64,000 bases of DNA from a bacterium (lineage in GTDB: Bacteria > Planctomycetota > UBA1135 > UBA2386): contig JANSXC010000004.1 in NCBI GenBank assembly GCA_024743115.1, positions 140,113 through 204,112 on the forward strand, given 5' to 3'. How positions within the stretch are numbered: position 1 is the stretch's first letter; each line of letters starts with the position of its first letter. Shown here one piece after another: positions 42,339-50,306 of the stretch. A program made the position numbers and the translations under genes. The notes under the pieces were generated by a model. The model was not told the DNA's origin, ran no database searches, and saw only the letters and a program-made list of their open reading frames with translations.

Positions 42339-43667
42339 ATGGCCGGCCCAGCCGTCCTGCCCTACACTGCCACGCATCCGACCGGAGGTGTTTTGACGTT
42401 CTCGCCGATTCCTGAGCTGCTCGAAGAAATCAAGGCTGGCCGCCCGATCGTGCTGGTCGACGACCCTGACCGTGAGAACGAGGGCGACCTCTGTTTCGCC
42501 GCCGAGAAAGCGACGCCCGAACTCGTGGCGCTCATGGCGCGGGAGGCCTGCGGGCTGATCTGCGTCGCGCTGGACGGCGCCATCTGCGATCAGCTGCAGC
42601 TGCCGATGATGGTGGCGGAGAACCGGGCCCATCTCGGCACCGCGTTCACGGTCAGCGTCGAGGCGGCCGAGGGCGTCACGACGGGGATCTCGGCCAAGGA
42701 CCGGGCGCGCACCATCCTCGAACTCGCCAGGCCCGATGCCACGCCGGCGGACCTCGTCAGTCCTGGCCATATCTTCCCGCTGCGCGCGCGGGATGGCGGC
42801 ACCCTCGTGCGGGCCGGGCAGACGGAGGGCATGGTCGATCTGTGTCGTCTGGCTGGCCTGCGGCCGGCCGGCGTGATCTGCGAGATCACGAAAGAAGACG
42901 GCGAGATGGCCCGCGTGCCCGACCTCGAGAAGTTCTGCGAGCGGCACTCGGTCAAGATGGGCTGCATCGCGGACCTCGTCGAATATCGTCGGCGCCGCGA
43001 GCGCATCATCGAGCGTGTGACGGTTGCGAAGATGCCGACCGAGTTCGGCCACTTCGACTGCCACACCTACGTCAGCAAGGCCGACAACCGAACGCACATG
43101 GCGCTCGCGGTCGGGTTCGACAGCCCCGGCGAGGACGGGCGGTTTCCGCCGATCGACGACGCGGTGCTCGTGCGCGTGCACTCGGCGTGTCTGACCGGCG
43201 ACGCGTTCGGGTCACTGCGCTGCGATTGCGGGCCCCAGCTGCGCGAAGCCATGCGGCGCGTGCAGGCGGAGGGCCGCGGCATCGTGCTCTACATCAGCCA
43301 GGAAGGTCGCGGCATCGGTCTCGCCAACAAGCTGCGCGCCTACACGCTCCAGGATCAGGGGATGGATACCGTCGAGGCCAATCTCCACCTGGGCTTCCGG
43401 GCGGACGAGCGCGAGTTCGGCACCGGCGCCCAGATCCTGCACGACCTCGGTTGTCGCCGGCTGCGGGTTCTGACCAACAACCCCAAGAAGCTCACGGGGC
43501 TGCAGGGCTACGGGCTCGAGATCGCCGAGCAGGTGGCGCTGGACATCGAGCCCAACCCCTACAACCAACGATACTTGGACACCAAGCGGGAGAAGATGGG
43601 GCATCTTTTCGATGCGCCGAAAACCTCGGAATCCACGCCCGAATCCACTCCGGGTGGGGACGCCTGA
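42339..43667 (+). CDS. ribBA: Bifunctional 3,4-dihydroxy-2-butanone-4-phosphate synthase / GTP cyclohydrolase II
   Basis: ORF 42339-43667. It contains VLVDDPDRENEGDLCFAAE, TVSVEA, and for GCH-II VHSACLTGDAFGSLRCDCGPQL and YISQEGRGIGL. An alternative start is TTG 42393, which is preceded by GGAGGTG. Confidence 0.95.
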   Translation: MAGPAVLPYTATHPTGGVLTFSPIPELLEEIKAGRPIVLVDDPDRENEGDLCFAAEKATPELVALMAREACGLICVALDGAICDQLQLPMMVAENRAHLGTAFTVSVEAAEGVTTGISAKDRARTILELARPDATPADLVSPGHIFPLRARDGGTLVRAGQTEGMVDLCRLAGLRPAGVICEITKEDGEMARVPDLEKFCERHSVKMGCIADLVEYRRRRERIIERVTVAKMPTEFGHFDCHTYVSKADNRTHMALAVGFDSPGEDGRFPPIDDAVLVRVHSACLTGDAFGSLRCDCGPQLREAMRRVQAEGRGIVLYISQEGRGIGLANKLRAYTLQDQGMDTVEANLHLGFRADEREFGTGAQILHDLGCRRLRVLTNNPKKLTGLQGYGLEIAEQVALDIEPNPYNQRYLDTKREKMGHLFDAPKTSESTPESTPGGDA

Positions 43668-43763
43668 TCCCGTTGGAGCGGGACTTCCGACCCGAGCAGC
43701 CGGCGGCCGCGCGATTCGCGACCTCGGCGGGAAGAAAGTCGGCGGTCGTCCTTCTCAGGTGCT

Positions 43764-44363
43764 GTGTACGCCTTGAAGCTCACCACCGAGACCTCTGATA
43801 CCGACCTGATCGCGGCCGTCCTCGACGGCAGCGAGGCCGCGTTCGGCACGCTCGTGGATCGCTACAAGGACCGGCTGTTCCGGCTCCTGAGCCGCTACTG
43901 CCGGGATCAGGTCGAGTGCGAGGATCTGGCCCAGGACGTGTTCCTCAAGGTTTTCCGCAAGCTCGACACGTTCCAGGGCAGCTCGGCCTTCTTCACCTGG
44001 CTCTACCGCATCGCCGTCAACACGGCGACGGACCATCTGGCGCGGGCGAGCTCGCGGCGGTTGCGCCTGGTCGAGGACGTCGTGCTCGAGATCAACGAAC
44101 GCGATCACGATCCGGACAACCCGGCCGTGCCCGCGATGGCGGCGGAGCTCGCGACCGTGACTCGTCGCATCCTCGACAAGCTGCCCGAGAAGTACCGCAC
44201 GATCCTGATCCTGCGGGAGTACGAAGAACTCAGCTACAACGAGATCAGTGCGGTGCTCGAGTGCAATCTCGGGACCGTCGAGTCTCGCCTGTTCCGCGCC
44301 CGGCAGCGCTTCAAGGAAGCGCTCGAGCGCGACCATCCCGATCTGGTCCCCGCTCGGGGCTGA
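43764..44363 (+). CDS. ECF sigma factor (RpoE-like)
   Basis: ORF 43764-44363, GTG start. It contains DLIAAVLDGSEAAFGTLVDRYKDRLFRLLSRY, EDLAQDVFLKVFRKLDTFQGSSAFFTWLYRIAVN and LREYEELSYNEISAVLECNLGTVESRLFRARQRF. Confidence 0.92.
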   Translation: MYALKLTTETSDTDLIAAVLDGSEAAFGTLVDRYKDRLFRLLSRYCRDQVECEDLAQDVFLKVFRKLDTFQGSSAFFTWLYRIAVNTATDHLARASSRRLRLVEDVVLEINERDHDPDNPAVPAMAAELATVTRRILDKLPEKYRTILILREYEELSYNEISAVLECNLGTVESRLFRARQRFKEALERDHPDLVPARG

Positions 44364-44366
44364 GCC

Positions 44367-44840
44367 GTGGATGAATCACAGAAAGGTTTGACGATGCAAC
44401 TCTCCGACAACGATCAGCGGCTGCTGCAGAAGTATCGCGATGGCGAACTCGCGGGCAGCGAGGCCGAGGCGCTGAAGGCGCGGCTCAGCAACGAGCCGGG
44501 GCTCGCCGCCGGTCTCGCGGAGCTCGACGAGCTCGCGCGCGGGTTCGTGAGTGGGCGCGAGGCGACATTCGCGGCGCCGGCCGGTTTCACCGCCGGGCTG
44601 CTGGCCGAGGTGCGTCAGCTGCCTGACCGCATTCAGATGGCCGAAGCCGAGGTCGCAGGCTCCGCGCTGGTGATGTGCCGGCGCCTGCTGCTCGCAGCCG
44701 CGGTGTTGTTCGGGCTGGGGCTGTGCTGGCACGCCGGCCTGTTCGACAACGGCCGCAACGAGACGCTCGAGGCGGATCCGGCCGAAGTCCAGCGCGAGAT
44801 GGAGCGCCTCGACGAGCTCGTGCGCTCGCGGAAGCGCTGA
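44367..44840 (+). CDS. Single-pass membrane anti-sigma factor (putative)
   Basis: ORF 44367-44840 starts 4 nt after the sigma stop. The N-terminus LLQKYRDGELAGSEAEALKARL is anti-sigma-like. The TM segment is CRRLLLAAAVLFGLGLCW. ATG 44394 is an alternative start. Confidence 0.65.
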   Translation: MDESQKGLTMQLSDNDQRLLQKYRDGELAGSEAEALKARLSNEPGLAAGLAELDELARGFVSGREATFAAPAGFTAGLLAEVRQLPDRIQMAEAEVAGSALVMCRRLLLAAAVLFGLGLCWHAGLFDNGRNETLEADPAEVQREMERLDELVRSRKR

Positions 44841-44893
44841 GCGCCGGCGGCCAGGAGGGTCAGCCAGAAACCATCCGCGATGAACTACCCGCC

Positions 44894-45265
44894 ATGAAGC
44901 GCCTGTCGCTGTGGATCGTCGGGGCCGTCTGCGGCGGCTTCGCCGCGGGCGTCAACATCGGGCTCGTGGCGCCCGGGTGGCTCGAGCCCGAGGCGGCGAG
45001 CGCCCTCGATCAGGATGCGATGTTCATTCGCCAGATGGAGGCCGATTACGGCCTCGACGCGGAGCAGGTGCGGAGCCTGCGCCTCGTGATGCAGAATCGG
45101 CGCGAAGCCGAGCTGCAGGTCTTCACCCGGGCCGAGTTCTCGATGCTGCCGCTGCCGATCCAGCGCGAGTTGTTGGGGATTCGGGAGCAGGAAAAACAGC
45201 GGATCCTCGTCATTCTGGACGAGGAGCAGCGTGAGCGCTACGAACGCGTGACTTCAGTCAAGTAA
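44894..45265 (+). CDS. Membrane-anchored helical periplasmic protein (Spy/CpxP-like flavour, unassigned)
   Basis: In frame with ORF 44675-45265, start ATG 44894 (MKRLSLWIVGAVCGGFAAGVNIG). It then has ...GLDAEQVRSLRLVMQNRREAEL...EQEKQRILVILDEEQRERYERV. Confidence 0.5.
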   Translation: MKRLSLWIVGAVCGGFAAGVNIGLVAPGWLEPEAASALDQDAMFIRQMEADYGLDAEQVRSLRLVMQNRREAELQVFTRAEFSMLPLPIQRELLGIREQEKQRILVILDEEQRERYERVTSVK

Positions 45266-45277
45266 GAGAACAAACGG

Positions 45278-47206
45278 ATGGCCAGGATAATCGGAGTCGA
45301 CCCGGGCGACACGCTCGTCAAGATCGTCGAGCTCGACGGCAGCTACCGCAAGCCGCGACTCGTGCGCGTGCACAGCGAGGCGGCGACGCCGGCGGCGCCG
45401 CGGGCGGTGACCGTTGCCGCGGCGACGCGGAACGCGATCGATGACGGCATGAAGGGCGAGGTGCGCCTCGGTCACCCTTGCCGCGAAGCCGTTCTGCGGA
45501 CGCTGGATCTGCCGTTCAAGGGCAAGGATGCGCTGCGCAAGGTCGTCAAGGCCGAGGTCGAGGGCGAGATCCACGGCTACTCGGTCGACGACATGGTCGT
45601 CGACTTCCACGAGATCGGCGGCGGGCTCGACGACAGCACGCGCGTGCTCGTCGCGGCCGTGCCGAAAGAGGGGCTGCGTTCGCAGCTGGGTGCGCTCGAG
45701 GCCGCGGCGGTCGAGCCGGAGAGTGTCGACCTCGACACGATGGCGCTGTGGCGGGCGGCGGACTGCGTCGGTGCTTTCGAACCCGACGAGGATGACGACG
45801 GCAATCCCGAACCATCCGCGCTGACCGCGGTGCTCGAGGTCGGTTCGCGCAGTGTCAAGGTGCTGCTCGTCGACGGTGACCAGCTCGTCGACATGCGCGT
45901 GCTGCGCCTCGGCGGTGCGAGCGTCACCGAAGAGATCGCCAAGCGTCACACGTTGCCGGGCGACCTCGCGGCCGAAGCCGTGCAGGTCTGCAGTGAATCG
46001 GGCACGGACTGTGAGTTCGAGGTCGCGAGTGAGTTGCCTGCGAATCCGGGCGCGAGCGACGACGACGGCGATGCCCCGCTCGACGAGCCGGTCGACGTCG
46101 AGATGCGCTCGGTCACGGTCACGGCTGCGGAGGTCGAGTCCGTGCGCTCCGGGTTCTTGCGACGGCTCGCGCGTGAGCTCTTCCGCTACCTGGCCGCGAC
46201 CGGCAAGAGCAACATGCGGGCAGTCTGGGTGACCGGCGGCAGCTGCCGTCTGGCCGGCGTGCAGCAGGTTCTGACGGAGGTATTCGGTGTCGAGCCGCGC
46301 GAACTCAACGTGCTCGACCACGTCCAGCACGACCTCGACGAGGACGACGTGCAGGATCTCGGGCATCGGCTCGCGGTGGCGGTCGGGCTGGCGCTCGGCC
46401 CGCTCGGCGGTCCGGAGGGATTCGACATGCGTCAGGAGGACCTCGCGTTCACGCGTGGCTTCGAGCGCATCAAGTTCCCGCTCACGATCATGCTGATGGT
46501 CGGACTGCTCGCGCTGTTCGTCTTCGGTAACCACCAGCAGGCCAAGCTCAACCACCTGCACCTCGAGATCGGCAAGACGCACGTCGACGAGCGCGGCAAG
46601 ATCGGGTTCTTCGGCATGGTCAACTCGGCTCTGCGCGGCAACTGGTGGAAGGACCAGCGCAACTTCGCCTACGAGCGTTCGAAGGGGAAGATGTACAAGT
46701 GGAAGGACCTCGAGGACGAGCTCGTCAGCAAGCCGGTGCACGAGCGGCTGAAGATCATGCACGCGCGGCTCAAGGGCGTTGCTGACTACAAGCAGAAGCG
46801 CTCGGGCATCTACGAAGAGGTGTCGCTCGAATCGGGCGCCGCGGTGCTCGTGCGGTTCGCCGAGATCATGCAGCGCGTGGAGAGCGAGCTGCAGCGGCCC
46901 CTCGTGACCAAGATCTCGCTCAACATGAAGGGGGAGCGCCGCTCGCTGACCTTCCATCTCGCGCTGCGCGGGGCCGGCTTCCGTGGCCGGTCCGAGGCGC
47001 TTCGCACCGAGCTGCTCGCCGAGTTCAAACGCGAGGATTCGCCGTTCCTCGAGCCTCAGAACACCCGCCGCGTCTGGTTCGCGGAGAAACTCTTCATCGA
47101 TCAGGCCGAGACCAAGGTCGAAGGCTCCTACTTCGTCGTGACACTGGACATCAAGCCGACATTCGCGCCGTTCGGCGAGGGTGCCAGCGGGGGGCGCAAG
47201 AAATGA
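45278..47206 (+). CDS. PilM-PilN fusion / GspL-like protein (cytoplasmic actin-like domain, one TM, periplasmic domain)
   Basis: ORF 45278-47206, 642 aa. It contains ARIIGVDPGDTLVKIVELDG, LVAAVPKEGL...AVEPESVDLDTMAL and VLEVGSRSVKVLLVDGDQLVDMRVLRLGGASVTEEIA (the PilM/FtsA-type fold pattern). The TM segment is FPLTIMLMVGLLALFVFG, followed by about 230 periplasmic aa. Confidence 0.6.
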   Translation: MARIIGVDPGDTLVKIVELDGSYRKPRLVRVHSEAATPAAPRAVTVAAATRNAIDDGMKGEVRLGHPCREAVLRTLDLPFKGKDALRKVVKAEVEGEIHGYSVDDMVVDFHEIGGGLDDSTRVLVAAVPKEGLRSQLGALEAAAVEPESVDLDTMALWRAADCVGAFEPDEDDDGNPEPSALTAVLEVGSRSVKVLLVDGDQLVDMRVLRLGGASVTEEIAKRHTLPGDLAAEAVQVCSESGTDCEFEVASELPANPGASDDDGDAPLDEPVDVEMRSVTVTAAEVESVRSGFLRRLARELFRYLAATGKSNMRAVWVTGGSCRLAGVQQVLTEVFGVEPRELNVLDHVQHDLDEDDVQDLGHRLAVAVGLALGPLGGPEGFDMRQEDLAFTRGFERIKFPLTIMLMVGLLALFVFGNHQQAKLNHLHLEIGKTHVDERGKIGFFGMVNSALRGNWWKDQRNFAYERSKGKMYKWKDLEDELVSKPVHERLKIMHARLKGVADYKQKRSGIYEEVSLESGAAVLVRFAEIMQRVESELQRPLVTKISLNMKGERRSLTFHLALRGAGFRGRSEALRTELLAEFKREDSPFLEPQNTRRVWFAEKLFIDQAETKVEGSYFVVTLDIKPTFAPFGEGASGGRKK

Positions 47207-47826
47207 AACTCAGCCAGCTGGACCTCTACACCGGCCTCATCCTGCTCTGTGTGATCCTCCTGCCGGTCTGCGGTTGGTGGTGCTACCAGACCAATGAGGA
47301 GATCAAGCAGTGCGAGAAGGCGCGCCGCGACGCGACGCGCAGCAACGGTTTGCTCGAGAAGATCGGTGCGCTGCAGAAGAAGGTCGAGGTCGTCAACAAC
47401 AGCAACGCCACGCTGACCCGGACCCCGCGGCAGTTCTTCGAGACGCAGATCCTCGTGGCGGCCGCCAACGGCGGTCTCAGCGCCAACGACTTCGGTCTCG
47501 TCGGCCCGAAGGAAGAGCCGTTGACGATTCCCGGCAGTCGCCAGAAGGCGGTCGACCACGTGATGGCCGTCGACTGGAAGCGCAAGGATCTGCCGCTCAA
47601 GCTCGAACTGATCCAGGCGCTGCTCTGGAACTGCGAGTCGGGCGCCGGCATGGATCCAACGAAGCAGATGCAGTCCGTGTGGCGCCTGCGCACACTCGAC
47701 ATCACCAACATCTCCGACGGCAAGTCGCGCACGTTTGCGTCGTTCAAGACGCCGCCACCCGAGCTCGAGGATCGGTGGAGCATCACCAAGATGGAGTTCG
47801 CGCGCCGCGAACCGCGCAAGAACTGA
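47203..47826 (+). CDS. Bitopic membrane protein, GspM/PilO-like by position and topology
   Basis: ORF 47203-47826 shares an ATGA overlap with the upstream gene. It has an N-terminal TM (LYTGLILLCVILLPVCGWWCY), a short coiled coil and a periplasmic domain. I have no sequence motif for it. Confidence 0.45.
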   Translation: MKLSQLDLYTGLILLCVILLPVCGWWCYQTNEEIKQCEKARRDATRSNGLLEKIGALQKKVEVVNNSNATLTRTPRQFFETQILVAAANGGLSANDFGLVGPKEEPLTIPGSRQKAVDHVMAVDWKRKDLPLKLELIQALLWNCESGAGMDPTKQMQSVWRLRTLDITNISDGKSRTFASFKTPPPELEDRWSITKMEFARREPRKN

Positions 47827-47827
47827 C

Positions 47828-48334
47828 ATGCGTCGGTCGCTGCGATCGCGCGCGGCTGCCGCCGCGCTGGTTCTGCCCCTGATCGCGCCGATGGCCGGCG
47901 GCTGCGCGCCGCTCGTGCGGTACACCGGCGAACTCGTCGATTCCGAGTCCGGCCGCACGTGGTTCACGCGCGCACCGGCCGGCATCGGCGGCACGCTCGG
48001 CTTCCTCGTCGGCCTCCCCGTCGATGTCGTTGCGATGCCGGTCTCGTGGGCCGTCTACCGCAGCCAGCCGAAGGAGACGCGCGATGTCATGTCCGTGTTC
48101 CTGTTCCCCTCCTTCGTGCTCTGGAAGGTCGGCACGCTCGTGGGCTCCCCGTTCGATGCCGTCGAATGGGTCGTCTGGCGTTCCTGGAACGAGCAGCCCA
48201 TGACCCCCGCGCAGCGTGAGGCGATCGAGCGCGAGTGGGACGAGAAGGAATACAGCGAGTATCCCGTCAAGCCGATCTACCCGGCGACCGGTGGTACCGG
48301 CGAGCGCGTGCCGCCACCCGACGGGTCGCGCTGA
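47828..48334 (+). CDS. Lipoprotein (YceK/YidQ DUF1375-like flavour)
   Basis: In frame with ORF 47735-48334. ATG 47828 lies 1 nt after the previous stop. The lipobox is LIAPMAGGC. It contains GFLVGLPVDVVAMPVSWAVY and VGTLVGSPFDAVEWVVW. Confidence 0.55.
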   Translation: MRRSLRSRAAAAALVLPLIAPMAGGCAPLVRYTGELVDSESGRTWFTRAPAGIGGTLGFLVGLPVDVVAMPVSWAVYRSQPKETRDVMSVFLFPSFVLWKVGTLVGSPFDAVEWVVWRSWNEQPMTPAQREAIEREWDEKEYSEYPVKPIYPATGGTGERVPPPDGSR

Positions 48335-48418
48335 CGACGTCCGAGACCGCCGGCTTCGCGGCTGCTACGCTGCGCGGGTGAACCCGGGCCCGGCAACCAC
48401 ATCGCGAGACCGCCGCCG

Positions 48419-49447
48419 ATGAGTGAGTCGGCGTTGAAGCTGCGGCGGCTCGTCGAGCACGTGCTCGGTAAAGGGCGCGAACTGCCGCTCGCGATGTTGC
48501 TCGAGCAGCTCGTGGCGGTGCGCGACCTGCGGCGGGTGGCACGCAAGTTCGATGTGTCGCCGAAGGGCTTTCGCGTCGACAAGGCACCCGCGAAAGTGCT
48601 CGCGGCGCAGCTCGCCGAATTGTCCGACTCGCAGCAGCTCGACGAGGTGCTCGGGTTGTTGCGGCCGGCTACCGACGCCAGCGAGAGCAAGAGCGACGTC
48701 GGTGTCGACGCGGTGGCCGAGGCCAGGAAGGAGGCCGAAGAGCTGCTGCGTCTGCGCGAGAGCGAGTTGGCGCGGTTGCGTGACGAGCTCGACCGGGCGC
48801 GCGACGTGAGTCAGCGGGCGGGCGAACGTGAGACCCTGCTCCTGCGCAAGCTGGAGCGGCTCGAACTCGAACTCGTGGCCGAACGGCGCGACCGCGAAGC
48901 CGCCGCGAGAGCGCAGGAGCGGCCCGTAGTCGACCAGAGCCAGCAGGTCCGGGCACTCGAACGCCGGGTGCGGGAGCTGGAGGACGAACGCGACGGCTTC
49001 GTGGCCGCGGACGAGGCGCTGCGGCGGCAGCTGGCGTGGAATCGTTCGCAGCTGCGCGAGGTCGAGGCCGAGGTCAAGGAGCTCGAAGGGCTCATCCCGA
49101 AGAGTCGGCGGCGCAAGCAGAAGCCGCTGCCGCCCGCGCCGCCACCCGAGGAGTCGCGGCGCGTGCTCGTGCCGTACTTCCTGCCGTCGTTCTACAAGTC
49201 GCTCGATGGCAAGGATCGTCGCGCGGTGGAGCGCGCCGTGCAGGCGATCCTGCTGTTTTGTACCGAGGGTCACTCGTACCCCGGGCTCGAGGTCAAACAG
49301 CTCGGCGGCCAGGACACCTGGAGCTTGCGCGCGTCGCTCGATCTGCGGGTCTACTTCCGGCCGCTGCCCGACGGCGACGTCGAAGTACTCGAACTGGCCG
49401 ACCGCGAGGACCAGCGCACGACCCTGCGCCGGCTCAAGGAGAAGTAG
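48419..49447 (+). CDS. Three-part protein: unassigned N-domain, ~130-aa coiled coil, basic/Pro linker, C-terminal RelE/ParE-like domain
   Basis: ORF 48419-49447, 342 aa. Residues 248-335 read RVLVPYFLPSFYKSLDGKDRRAVERAVQAILLFCTEGHSYPGLEVKQLGGQDTWSLRASLDLRVYFRPLPDGDVEVLELADRED. This follows the RelE/ParE toxin pattern (F..f.k.l..L....r..i...i..l......pg...k.L.g....w.lR.g.d.Rv.y......v.vl.v..R). Confidence 0.55.
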   Translation: MSESALKLRRLVEHVLGKGRELPLAMLLEQLVAVRDLRRVARKFDVSPKGFRVDKAPAKVLAAQLAELSDSQQLDEVLGLLRPATDASESKSDVGVDAVAEARKEAEELLRLRESELARLRDELDRARDVSQRAGERETLLLRKLERLELELVAERRDREAAARAQERPVVDQSQQVRALERRVRELEDERDGFVAADEALRRQLAWNRSQLREVEAEVKELEGLIPKSRRRKQKPLPPAPPPEESRRVLVPYFLPSFYKSLDGKDRRAVERAVQAILLFCTEGHSYPGLEVKQLGGQDTWSLRASLDLRVYFRPLPDGDVEVLELADREDQRTTLRRLKEK

Positions 49448-50163
49448 TGCGCGGCGGGGCCCCGCGTGCGCCGGTCGCGCTGACGCCGGAGTCGCCGGCG
49501 CGTTTTCCGGATCCGCGGCTCTACGACGGGCAGGGGCTCGTCGCGGTCGGAGGTGATCTCAGCCAGGCGCGCCTGCTCGCGGCCTACCGCAGGGGCATTT
49601 TTCCGTGGTATGACATCGGCTACCCCCCGATGTGGTGGAGTCCGGACCCGCGGGCGATCCTCGAGCCGCGTGAGCTCCACGTCGGCCGGAGTCTGCGGCG
49701 GGTGCTCGAACGCGGCGGGTTCGAGCTGGCCTGGAACACCTGTTTCGAGCGGGTCATGGGCGAATGCGGCCGTGGTCGCGACGAGGGCACCTGGATCATG
49801 CCGGAGATGGTCCAGGCCTACGCCCGGCTGCACCGCGCCGGCCATGCCCACAGTCTCGAGGTCTTCGAGGCGGGGGAGCTGGTCGGAGGGATCTATGGGG
49901 TGCAGCTCGGGGCCGCCTTCGCCGCCGAATCCAAGTTCCACCGCCGCACGGACATGTCGAAGGTCGCGCTGGTGGCCCTCGTGCGGTCGCTGGCGGCGGC
50001 GGGGATCGAGCTCCTCGACGTGCAGTTCGTCACGGACCACCTCGCGCGGCTGGGGGCGCGGGAGATCCCGCGGCGGGAGTATCTGGCGCGACTCGCGGTC
50101 GCCGCGGCCAAGACCGTGGATCTCGGGGGCCTGGTCCCCACGGTCACGCCGCCGCGCGTCTGA
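49447..50163 (+). CDS. aat: Leucyl/phenylalanyl-tRNA--protein transferase
   Basis: In frame with ORF 49036-50163. GTG 49447 overlaps the preceding TAG by 1 nt (TAGTG). It contains LLAAYRRGIFPWYD, PMWWSPDPRAIL, HSLEVFEAGELVGGIYGV and FAAESKFHR. Confidence 0.9.
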   Translation: MRGGAPRAPVALTPESPARFPDPRLYDGQGLVAVGGDLSQARLLAAYRRGIFPWYDIGYPPMWWSPDPRAILEPRELHVGRSLRRVLERGGFELAWNTCFERVMGECGRGRDEGTWIMPEMVQAYARLHRAGHAHSLEVFEAGELVGGIYGVQLGAAFAAESKFHRRTDMSKVALVALVRSLAAAGIELLDVQFVTDHLARLGAREIPRREYLARLAVAAAKTVDLGGLVPTVTPPRV

Positions 50164-50306
50164 CGGCGGTCACGGGGCCGGATCGGGTTTGTGGCCGCGA
50201 TAGTGGCCGGGTTTGTAGGAAGTGCCCGGCTGACACCGCGTCCATAGCTCGGCTCTGTGCTACGTTGCGCGACCCCGGGAGACCCCCCTCCACCGAACCG
50301 AACGCG

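Noticed and set aside
42131-42392. Possible FMN (RFN) riboswitch upstream of ribBA.
   Set aside because: I could not find the conserved core strings (GGUGAAAUUCC..., ...CCGACGGU.AAAGUCCGGAUG.GAGA) on the plus strand. Only a covariance-model scan could settle this.
43700-43763. An ECF-type promoter (GGAAGA ... CGTCC) upstream of the sigma gene at 43764.
   Set aside because: The spacing between the two elements is about 12 nt, which is shorter than the 16-18 nt expected for ECF promoters. The support is not good enough to annotate it.
48419-49447. A canonical type II toxin-antitoxin locus, because of the RelE/ParE-like domain.
   Set aside because: There is no small antitoxin-like ORF adjacent on either side, and the domain is fused to a 250-aa N-terminal extension. 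I report it as an unusual fusion instead.
49764-50306. N-terminal extensions suggested by the ORF track: the 1445-aa version of the large protein, the 812-aa version of the TPR protein from 36582, the 380-aa ORF at 19659-20801, and the 546-aa version of rhlE from 3097.
   Set aside because: The extensions overlap well-supported neighbouring genes (aat, HIT, MarR, the SDR) and translate to Arg-rich nonsense. Each has an internal start with a signal peptide or with the family's N-terminus at the expected place.
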